A DNA stretch of 64,000 bases from NCBI RefSeq assembly GCF_018977255.1, contig NW_024704743.1:61940001-62004000 (forward strand), written 5' to 3'. Shown here in pieces: positions 38,601-50,600 of this stretch. A program made the translations under genes and the position numbers. The stretch comes from Callorhinchus milii. Taxonomy: Eukaryota. The notes under the pieces were generated by a model. That model was not told where the DNA came from and made no database searches. It was given only the letters and a program-made list of their open reading frames with translations. The stretch's first letter is position 1, and every line of letters starts with the position of its first letter.

Positions 38601-41600
38601 GAACGCGGCAGCCAATTGCGCACAGCAATGTCCCACAAACAGTCGTAGATTGAAAATGACCAATTTATTATTGTTTTTGTTTGGATGGATTATTATTAGG
38701 CGTGTGGAGTAAGGAAACTTGCCCAAGGTTTCGCCCTCTGCCTGGAATTGAACTCAGGTCTCTCACTTGCAAAACCGAGTGAGATTATTAAATTTTAATA
38801 ATTTAATATTTTATTAAAATAATAATCCTTGCAGTTGATAAAGCACCTTATCACATCTTCAAGCTATCTCAAACCGTTTCCAAAATAACAACAACAACTT
38901 GGATTTATACAGCGCCCTCCATGCCGGACGGCGTCTCAGAGCGCTTTACAGTAATGGATCCCGGGGCTGAGCCAGGGGGAGGGGGAGGTGGGTGACCAAA
39001 GGCGCGGTCGAAAAGAAAGGTCTTCAGCCAAGACCTGAAAATAGGAAGAGAGGGGGTGAGGCGAAGGGAGTGAAGAAGGGAGTTCCAGAGCCTCGAGGCT
39101 GAAGGCTGAAAGCACGGCCTCCAATAGTGGAGCAGAGGATTCGGGGGACAAGGAGGTGACCAAACCCGGTGAAGCGAAGGCAACGGGCACTGTTGTGAGG
39201 AGAGAGGAGGTCACAGAGGTAGAGGTGTGCAGAGGAGTGGAGGGATTTGAAGACAAGAGTGAGGATCTTGAAGTCGATTAAATATACTGTAAAGTGAATT
39301 GACTGTAATGTTGGGCGAAATGCAGCAGCTAATTGCGCACAGCAGTGTCCCACAAACAATCGAGGATTGAGTGACCAAATTTTTTAAAGGAATTATTATC
39401 CCTGGAAAGTAATATGCCAATCAACTAACAACCGGGCTCCTACTTAAACTAGATAAACAGAGGTGTGTGGAGTAAGGAAACTCGCCTAAGGTTGCACGTA
39501 GGAAGGGTACTGTATGAAGTTGCAATCAGATGCACTATTTTATGTCCCGTTAAACAAAAAAAATGCCATAGATCCTGCCCCCTGTGACGGATTGCACAGA
39601 GAAAAATAAAATAGTGTAACAAAATTTCAAAACGATTGAATACCCTGAAGAATATTTAGAAAATTCAATAACTACACATTTGTTATTAAGAAATATGTTC
39701 AGAAACCCCCAAAAATTGAACCCCAAATGAACCCTGTAACCAAGAAAACATCATCTGCAGACAGCAAGCAGACAACCAGGGCTCAAATAGTGCAGACTTA
39801 GATATTCGGAAGATCATTAACTTGTCAGAGGGAAATATCTCTCGAGAGATTAAGTAAGTGGGATCCATAACCGGACAGATAGTATGCTGTTTGAAGAAAA
39901 AATTGGGCAAATGGTTGGTTCATTGTATGCTTTCTTAACAAATTATTAACATTATTAACAAATCAATTTTTTTTTTGGTCAACTGGGTGTCTGACACATG
40001 TGGAAACTGATCCCCATGCTTAAGAGTATCCCAACTAAGCTGAGATTTCCGTGCATCCCACCTACACATGAAAATCCCAGAGATAGATTGTTGGAATGGA
40101 ATGTGCACTCTCTCCCTGGAGGGCACATCCTGTTTACCTAATTCCAGAAGGTATTAGGTGCAGGTTGGCAGGAGCCAAGACTTGGAGACCCCAGAGTGTG
40201 TGTTGGTGTAACTGTTGGAGTCTAACCAGCTAAACTGCATACCTTGCCATTGATATTGCTGTCGGCAAGCTTTCCTGCTGTTTGTCCAGCTAGGACCACC
40301 TTACTCTGGTGCTTTGGCTTGCAGGGTTAACAGGAGCTGAGTGGGATGAGTCCCTGCCTCCAGTGTCTTGCCGATGTGCCAGACTGGCTGTGCTGTCATC
40401 AGCAGTGCCCTGGAATACTGCAGATCCGCCTGGCTCAGGAACTGGACTACCCAGATGGCCACAAAGAGCTTCATCAAGCATGTCACCTTGGAGCCAATTC
40501 AGCTCCAAGGAGACACTGCTTCCCTCCCCCCTCCACCCCATTTGAGGAAGGGCGATCAAAGAGCAACTAAACTTATGTTGCTCTTATGTGCCTTTCAGTG
40601 GGAAATTTCTCAGTGGTCAGGATAGATAAAGGCCTGCTGCCAACAGGTTGTCTCCCTTGCTGACCAGGACGGAAGTGGGGCAAGTGGACATTTGTTTTGC
40701 GGACCTGTTATAATGCGGGTTCTAATTTTATGGACCCCATCATAATAGAGTCGTCTTGTAAACTGGGTCAAGGGCAATGGATAAATGTTATTTTTAAAAT
40801 GAAACGTTCTTGTTCAAAATCTGTAGCTTCATTATTGAGATCACAGTAATATCCTGATGACTGATTGAGAAACAGGCAAAGTAATTACAGAGACGTGTGG
40901 TTTAAAGCTTGTTACTAATTTTCCAACTCACAAGAAACATCTGCAATTCGTAACAGTCCAACAGCAAAACGTTTTTTCAAAATTTCAGAAACTATTCCAC
41001 CGAGGGTAAATGCAACATTAGTTTAATTTCATTCAAAATGTGTTCCTGCCTGTAGTAAGAATGCAGCTGGGGATTCTCACTGGGAAGCATCTGTATAGCT
41101 CATACTGTAAAGATCTTAAACCAGAGCAACTAACAGCAACACAAAGAAAAAATTAACTCTGAACTAGCTAATAGGTAAGCGGAGACACAAAATCCCACTC
41201 AAATCAAGTCTAGTTCCTTTGTTCCTTTAAGTATTCCAGTTTTTGACAGTATCCCAGCGCCCTGGGTTGTCTTTCCAATGTGAAGGGCACTATACAAGCG
41301 TAATTTGTTGTTAATTTAAACGTTGTAGTTGTTTCCTTTCTGCATTCTAAAACATTCACTGTTCTTTCCCCTCAAGCTGGACTTTTACTACTGAAATATA
41401 AACTTGGCTCTATTGTTAAGAGTTACAACAAGTTTACATTTATATATCGCCTTTCATGTTGGGAGGACATGCCAGAGTTTGGACCTGTGCTGGGGGAGAG
41501 GTTGGGGAAAGATGACCAAGGCACAGTCAAATAGAAAAGTCTTGAGGCAGAATTTAAAGGAGGTGAGGGAAGGGCGTGTTGAAGGGACTCCATGATGGAT

Positions 41601-44600
41601 TTCAAGAGACAGGGGAAGATTGGCTGAAAACTTGACCAATAGTGGGATGGGTAGGACAGGGGAATGTGACGAAGTCTGGGAGACATGGAAAGCAGGCCAG
41701 TGGATGGATCAGCAGATTTGTGCGGTTTGAGAAGGTTGTAATAATAATAATTTTGCATTTGATTTAGCGCCTTATATCGTTGAGACGTCTCAAAACACTT
41801 TACAGGGTATTCTGTAAAGTGAATTCACTGTATATTTTGTGGGCAAAACATGGTAGCCAATTGCACACAGCAGTATCCCACAAATAGTCATGGATTATGC
41901 TTATTTGTTTAGTTAGTTATAAAAGGGAGCTTGGTGAGGATGAATGTAATAGTTGAAAAATGATTCGAGACATTAAAAACAAGTATTTCTAAGTAGGAAT
42001 AAACCATCCATCAAATTCTGAACCAGAAGTGAAAGGATTATTATTTTATATTGATAGGTGTCCTGCATGTCAGGTGAGGGCAGGAACAGGCCTGATAAAC
42101 CACGGGGGGGTGGGGTGGGCGTGCGAGGTAATGGAGAGCGGCCAGTGGTCAGATAACAGCTCTAGCATTTGGTCAGTTTCTTCAGGAGCGAAGTGGAGAG
42201 GGGGAAAAATAAAATAAATGTCATCAAAAGAAAAAACGATAGGATGAAAAACTAGCCCACTAGTTCCAGCCAGAACTTCAATCTCCAGTGCCCTAGACAT
42301 TTTAAAACTTGCCATTCCCTCCTTCACGTCGTTCAAGATCTGCCTCAAGACGTACCTTTCTGACCATGTTTTCCATCACCTTTCCCCTCCCCACTCCAGC
42401 CCCCTCAGCTGCCACCCCCAGCTCAGGTGCCAAACCATTATTAGTTAAGCACCTTGGGACATCCTCCTGACTTGAAAGGCATTATATAAATGCAATTTTT
42501 TATTTATTGTATATTCAGTTTTCTGTGACTTTGCTTTACATCCCATTACCTTCCATTAATTCAGTAATCAGATATTTACTCAGATACAGCATTGACTTTC
42601 ATTCAAATGTTTTCAGAAGTAAAAGCGTGATAGTGTGTTAATTGTTTAAAAGGATAACCTTACCATGTCCAGAGCAGTGAAGTGCACCAATCCTGTGGAA
42701 GGCCATCTCTGCAGGTACATCTTGTGTGTCTCCAAACCTTACTTCTCGCACTGGGAGAGTGGACTTGTCTCTTAAAAACCCTTCATCCTGTCGCCATACG
42801 CCATCATTTGCATCACAATTGCATGTCGAAAGAGCCAGAGCACAGTTACCTGCACAGAAAGATATCTTTTTTAATCCCATTGTAAAATGTCAGCAATCTA
42901 AATCCCTTTCATAAATTAATTTACAAAATAAACACAGGTTTCATTTATTAACTATAAACTGGTTAAGTAACTTTAGAAACTCTTTTGAAATAATGCATCC
43001 ATAGTTTACTCTGAAAATATTGTTCACATGTGCATATAATTTATGAAAAGGGGATTTAACGATGTTGACCAAAGACGTGACCAAATAGACATGTATTTAG
43101 GAGGATTTTAAAGGCAGGGAGAGGGCAGTAAAGCAAAATGTTTTGGAAGTATAGAGGCTGAAGACTGACTTTTCGAAAGGCTTCCCACTACAGACTAATG
43201 TTGTAATAAGACTTCATCCGTCACTTTGCTAACAGTATCAGGAAGTCATGGAAACAGTGCATTTATATGGGGGAGAAAGTTGAGTATAAAACATTTCAAT
43301 ATCCAGATTCTATAAATGAAAGAGAGAACCACAACAATTTGCATTTATGTAGCCCTGTTAAAGCAGTGAAGCGTCTCAAGAGGGCTTAAACTTTCCATCC
43401 ATAATATTATGGACAATATACATTATATGTGAAGTCAGGGATCTTTGAGATAATAGTGTATTTAGTGCTCTTGTGGAACCCACCTTACCATTCTCCCCAC
43501 AAGAGCATTTGCCGCTGTCAGTGGGAGCTCCACCCCAGGAGTTTATTTGCCGTCCATCACGAGATACCCACCAGCCCCAGCGCTGCTTAAGGAAGCGAAT
43601 GTGTCGACATTCCACCTAAAGACATCACAGTAAACATTCCTGTTAGAAATGCTGTTTCCAAAGATACATTCTGTGAAGATGAAGAGCACAGTGTATTCAG
43701 ACTAACTGCACCAGTGACAGCTATAACAGCACAGGGGATTTGGCTCTTAATTTTGAAACCATGGGTTGCACAGGTTCTTTTAAGAAAACGTCTTAGACTA
43801 GACCCAAGTAGAATTTCCTTATTGGGAACCCTGGACACAGAAAAAGCTTGGAGCTGCACTGGAAAAAGTGGGTATTCTGGAAGGATGAAATCAAATGGTG
43901 GAAGAACCTTCCTCATCTTTGCTTCTGCTGTTATCTCGAGGAACTATCTCAATTTCCCCTATTTGCTGGTTGGCTGGAAAGGCAGAGAATTTAACAGTTG
44001 GGCTCACAGTGGCATTGGCTTGCTGGCATTTCACAGAGGAATGTTAATTACTTACACTGACATACTGCTCACAGGACTCCGAGGCCTCAATCAAAACCTT
44101 CAGCTGATCTAGTGATGTTTGATTGTAGTTGATGGTATGTGAGTAGCACCCAGCTTCTTCACAGGGCGTCACTCGCATTCGTTTCTCTGAATCATGGCCT
44201 ATAATACTGATCCCTAAAGAGCCAAAACATTTCATTTTCAATAATTATTCTGAGCTGAAATTAGAATTGTCGGTTAAAAATATAATATAATATAGATATC
44301 AGCCTGGTTCAGTCGGTAGCTCTTGCCTCTGAGTTGGAAGCTTGTGGATTCAAGCCCCACTTTGGGACTTTGAGCTCATAGTCTACGCTGACACCCCAGG
44401 GGCTACTGCATTATGAATGATCTCATCTTCAGTTGAGGCATTAAACTGAGGTCTCATCTGCATGTTTGGGTGGATGTTAAAAATAGAGAGCTTGTGCCCT
44501 GGCCAACAAATCTCCAGATAAAATTGTTCATTCACTTCATAGCTTTGCGGACATTGCTGTATGCAAGTCTCACCATTCACTACAAAAACAGTCATTGAAC

Positions 44601-47600
44601 TGTACAATAAATCATGTGAAGTGCTCTGAGACATTTCATGATAAGAATCTAAATCTAATGCAAGAATTATTATTTTTATTAGGAATATAGCATTAAATTG
44701 CTGCATTCAATGGCAGGTAAAGACCGACCTGAATTCAGCATAATTTGAGCACAGACACCTAGTATAACAAACTATTTATCTTCATTCTTATATCTAATTG
44801 TTGATCCATGAATATTATTTGCCTACAAATCATATGTTTTGCCGACATGTTAAAGAGCTATATCAAATGCATGAGCTATAATTGTTATAATTTAAATGGA
44901 AAAAATCACAGAGGTGATAAAGGTCATACAATACAATGAAGCCCAGGACATGATCTTCAGTGCAGACACTAAGCAAAGCTAACACATTGACCACATGCAC
45001 TTATGAATAATAGAATCCTATTGTAAGTGCGATATTAAGTCATTATAATTAAGGACAAGCAGGATATCAGCCCCAAGTCCTGGGTCAACACCTGGCTCAA
45101 AGCTGCTGCGTTTGCCTAACAAACAGTCACCATCACTTTACAATATATCCCGTGAAACGCTTTGAGACGTCTCAATGATGTGTTTAGGCGCTGTATCAAA
45201 CGTAAGGATTATTATTGTTATTAAATATCATATCCTCTAATTCAGACCCAACTGATTTTCTCCAGTTACTATTTGTAAAAATCCACCATTTCTGGCTCAT
45301 TGCAATCACAATTTAGCAATGCATGATTTTGTTGAGAGTTGGTCTATTATTAAAATTAAAATAAAGCACAATAGAGAATGACTGACCTGTTGTCGGGTCA
45401 GAGACCATGTCACATTCTACAGGGAACGCATCCACTCCACCCTCTGTGCCATCGGGGTCCACAATGAAGAGGCCAGACTCCAGGACACCTGCACTCTTCA
45501 AGGCTGCACAAGACTCCCCAACTGTGTCAAGTCCAAAATATCAGGGTAAGCTGTCAGCAATAACTTTCCATCCTACTGTTATCCCTATAAACATCCCTAC
45601 CGCCCCATGAATTGCTGGACCCCCGCCAACCCATGTGAAAATCAAAATTGTGCTAACTTGTGTACATTTTAATGATGATTGATGATATTGTGATGAATGG
45701 GAATGAAAACTCTTCAACTGAGCCCTGTGTGTAATTGTGACTTACAATGTTAGGAGCCTAGAAGGAGGCCATTCAGCCCATCTTGTCTGAGAGGGGAGGA
45801 AGCTTCCCCCCTGGAGCTGCAAACTCTAACCAAACTCTCACCTCTGAACAGCAAAGAGGGAATATGTCAAACAGACAATCTAGAGAGGTGCGGGAGGCCA
45901 ATAGTGCCAACCAATTCCTGATGGAATTAGATAAGTGTTTGGTGAAAAATTCAATTGAAGTGTGAGAGTTTAGAGGAGTAATCTGGCATTCTGTTCATTT
46001 TGGAGCCAACCAGGGAGACCACAGTGAACCTTTCTGGTCCTAGGCATTCCAATGTTACTATTACTAATCTCCTGCTTTTCCCACACCCTTTAGTATTATT
46101 AATGGATAGCATGGTCCCAGCTGGAAAACCAGCAGGAAAGCCTACCAGACAGTGCTATCAATAGCAAGCTATATGGTTTTAGCTGGTTAGACCCCAGCAG
46201 TACCCCAACACCTACTCTGGGATCCCCAACCCTTAGCTCTTGCCAATCTGCGTCTATCACTTTCCGGAATTAGGTAAACAGGGACTTGTCCTCCAGGGAG
46301 AGATTGTGCATTCCATTCCAGACACTGGCAATTTCTATATGTAGGTGACATACTATGTGGAACTATCAGTCCGGTTTGGACACTCTTCTATATGTATTAG
46401 ACATCTACTGACCCCCCACAAAAAATCAAAAAACTAAGCAGTTTTCTGTGTTATTCAATATTGTATTCAAATTCAAATTACAAAATCACTACTGCATCTT
46501 CTACTGCACAGCATATAAAACAAAACTAAAATCAGGAACTTGGGATTCCACCCGAAACTTTATCTTGTCTTTCAAATGCTGATGGATCATGCTTATACTT
46601 CAGTTTTCCACATTTAACAACAACAATTTTGAATTTATATAGTGCTCTTCATGCAGGATAGTCTCAGCCGCTTTCCTCTTCCTTTCCAAGACTTTCCTCT
46701 TCAACCCTGTGCCTATTGTCACTTCTCATTTCTCCCCAGCTTGGAGTTAAGCTCCACTATGATTCAGGCTCTGAGACGCTGCTCTGTGTGAAGTGCACTG
46801 TATAAATGCTAGTTAGTGTTCTTGTTGGTATTTCCTCCTTGATCCCAATTCAGTTAATGACCATCTACTGAATGGTAAAGATTGGAAATCTGGGGCAAGC
46901 TGCAGGTTAACTCACCCTGGCAGATCACTGCTGCACGTTTATTGGATGTACATTTGCCAGTCCGTCTGATATCACAGTTCTGCAGGATCTTCTCATCTCC
47001 CTTGCATTTAGCGTAAGATACAGCTAGTGGGGTGCCTCGCTCACTCACCTTAATCCTGTGGTAAGGACAGAAACACACTCATTACACCCACTGCCATCGA
47101 ATCCCCTTCTTCTCAAACTGCCTTACAGCATAACATGCTCTATAATAACCAATTGCATATGTCAAGGTCTTGTTTCCATTGAGAAAGCAAGCCTTTATAT
47201 TTAGGGAGGTAAGGAATGGCAATCCTGGGAACAAATTGTTTTTCCACATTTTGCTCCCAATGTCATTATGAAATAATTCCAGGTCAGGTACAGCACAGGC
47301 TGAGAGTAGGGAAATCTTTCTCTAGTCTACTCTAGTAAGACACCTTCACCCAACCTTAACAGAACACCCAGTGAAGCATGTCCAAAGTTTTAGGTAACTC
47401 CATACCCAACTCAATACCTAATCAAGATGAAGTACTTACCTTGTGGCTAAAGCAGGCCCAGTAAAGCCAAGCTGATGACACACCACTTTGGCATCGCTGC
47501 TGCCCCACTGTTTAGCACATATTCCTCCCCACTTCCCATCAAATTCAACTTCTACCAGGCCGCTATACATACTCCTTCCCCCAACCAGACGTGTCTGACC

Positions 47601-50600
47601 TATAGATGGTGGAGAGAGTGAAATAGTCAACATGTCACTGATTTGGGGTTCTACTAACTTGATCAAAAGCAATAGTTGACAAAGTGCAAAACAAATTCAT
47701 GTCAAATGTTATAATTGATCAGACTGGGTGCTCACCGTTACCTGATGGGATGCGAAATGTGTTGAATTGAGCTGAAAACCCCTCCAGTTCCACTGAGGAG
47801 TCGGATTGCATGACGATGGTCATGGTATTGGATGACGTCTGGAGCGTTGCTGGAACTTCCGATCCACAGAACCTGAGTCAATGAGGCGGTGCAATAAAAA
47901 TCAGCAAGTCATTGGTAGGCAGTGCTCTCATGTAAGTAACCAGAAGAAAGGCCATTTGATCCAGCAATCACATTCCAGTAGTAAAGCAGAATACCCTATT
48001 GTAGATTCCACTCCACACCCTCAATTTCCTAGGGTAAAGCTCCACATAAATGCTCCCTATTCCAGAACATCTCCTCACTGATAACCGGTAAAACAAGAAA
48101 AGCTATTCATATGAAAGTATATGAACCAGGTCTGTACTAGTCACGAACCAGACATGAGCCAGATGTATAAACAGATCTGACCCGAACACAAATCAGACAC
48201 GAGTCGGAACTGTACCAGGTCTGAACTAAATGTTTACCAAATGAGACCATGACATCACTGAATTAACTGTAACAGTTTCATCCCACTGTTTGTTTAGCAG
48301 TGAGAAAAGAAACTTTCTGTCTGCCCAGATTCCAGAATATTTTTGGTAACAAGTTTAGGAAATGGTTAGCAGCTGAGGGCACATGTAAACTATTCATTCA
48401 CATTGCCTGCTTTGATCTTGATTCACATAATTCAATAAATTAATTTCCTCAAATCTCTCATAACTAACAATCATTTCCTGTATATATTGCTATCATGTTA
48501 TAGCACAGTCATTCCATTTTGTGTACGTCAGAAATGACTTTATCTCCTCATCGATCTTGATTATATTTACATTCATATTTACCCATTATTACCTGCCCAT
48601 CTCCACTTTGTTGGGTCCTTTGCCATCATAGACAATCACATAGTCATACTTGCATGTCCTATGTCTTTCAATTGACATGACAGTAAATTCCAATTGAACA
48701 AGGTCTTCAGGAAGAGCTTCGATGACCCAAATGCAATCCATGTCACTGGGGTAGGATTGTGGATATCCTGGAGACTGAAAGGTTCCTGCAGTTCCTTTCG
48801 GCACATCACCACATGAATCTGAATCAGGAAGCACAATGCACTGCATATTTCCTTCACTTGTTGCCAAACATCATGTACAAATTACAGTATGTAACCATAC
48901 AAAAACAATAAAATTACATTTATAAAGCGCCTTTCACCTCAGGAGGATGTCCCAAGGCACTGAAGAGTCAGGGATCAGGACCCAAGCATGGGGGGGATAG
49001 AGTTGGGATGAGAGAGGGCAGAGAAGTAGGAGGGCCTTCCACATCAGGAGGATATTCTAAAGCTCTGGGATGTCCCAAGGCATTGAACTAGATGCATTGT
49101 TAATGCTTGCTGACAGAAATGCAATAAAATATATGTACAAAACGTTGTCTATACGTTTCATTCTACTGTGACCAAAATATGCTATGAAATATTGTCCTAA
49201 AATGCTTGTAAGATCTTTTCAATAGTTTGTGCCATTTTTGTAAGCAAATAAAGGAAGAAAGCTTTGCCTTACGTTGAGACAAAGACATGTGTAACAGGAT
49301 AGAGGAGAAATCTGGGACTTGGTAAGAATTCACATACATGTATAAATATCCTTGGGGAGTATGAGGATTGAAGTTTGTTAAATCAATTGAAATCCTACAA
49401 AATAAATTATAAACTCAAAGGATGCTTTTACATCCTATAAGATATAAGTGGAATAATCTTGATCTGAATCACTACTCTTAAATTGAATTTTTATTTCTAT
49501 TTCCATGATTAAAATTTAAATGAATAACTGGTGAATAACCTGTTTTAAAAAGATTAACTGTCTCACGAATGATTATCAATTTTAAGTGCTTTTACTTATG
49601 AGAATAATACAATGGAGACAAAAGTTCATGGGTTTACCAATACGAATTGTTGAGGGTCTCCTCTGAGCAATGCACTTACCTAAAGTCACGAATGAGAAAG
49701 CAGGTGGTGATGCAGAAGTTTTTTCTGTTGATATTCCAGTGGTAGCAACAGGAGAAGATAATGTAGCTGGCAGATGAAGCTGTAATGATCTTTCTGTTGC
49801 AAGAGTTTGCATAGAACCTAGACTTGCAGAGGAGGAAGTCTCTGTGATGTTCACAAAACCTGTTGAAGCTGATGACGAAGAAATCTGAACATTTATCAAA
49901 GGTGGGATAGAGTGCTGAGTAGATTCCACTTTTGATAAGGGCGAGCCTTCGGTGCCTGTTACTGGGGCTGGGAGATGTGTGTGACTTCTGGTGGATGTGC
50001 CTGAAAAGTCAGTCCTGCCACCTAAAAATGAGCTTTGCTCCAACGAGCTGTGTGCACTGTGGCTGAAAGGCTTCCCTGACATACCAGGAACAGTTGTGAC
50101 TTCCTGGAGTGTACTATTACCGTTGTATATCAGGAATGGGACTTTATCATCTGTTGGGACTGTGTTGTTTGCACTTAAATCATTCTTGTTGGTTATTGCA
50201 CTGGCAGAGCTTTGATTCTCTCCCTGAGATGTGATGGATTGCAGCACCTCAGCTATGGGCTGTACAAACAGCTGATTATTGTGGTCTTTCTTTAATGTTC
50301 CTTGTTTGGCTCTCTCTGTGCTCACAGTATTTTGCAGTTTGATAACATCCACACTGGGTGTAGTTAGTTCTGCGTCAGATACTGTAGATTCTGAGATATG
50401 ATTTTCACTGTTTGTGTGTTGCAAAGAGATGTTTAAATCACTGGTTATATCTGACATAACTGAGCTATCAGCAATTACAGCTGCTCCAGATGTATGATCT
50501 ATACTGTGTGTAACTGGCTGCTCCGTATTCATTTCGATAGCAGTGACAACCTGTCCACCCATCTCTGTACTGACTCTTACATCTAGTCTTGTGTCCTCTG

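Noticed and set aside
33869..45521. Calling the minus-strand gene CNTNAP/Caspr, TNFAIP6, DMBT1 or versican
   Set aside because: Each shares only one or two modules. I saw no discoidin, LamG, EGF, ZP, Ig, C-type lectin or transmembrane exons, so no symbol was assigned.
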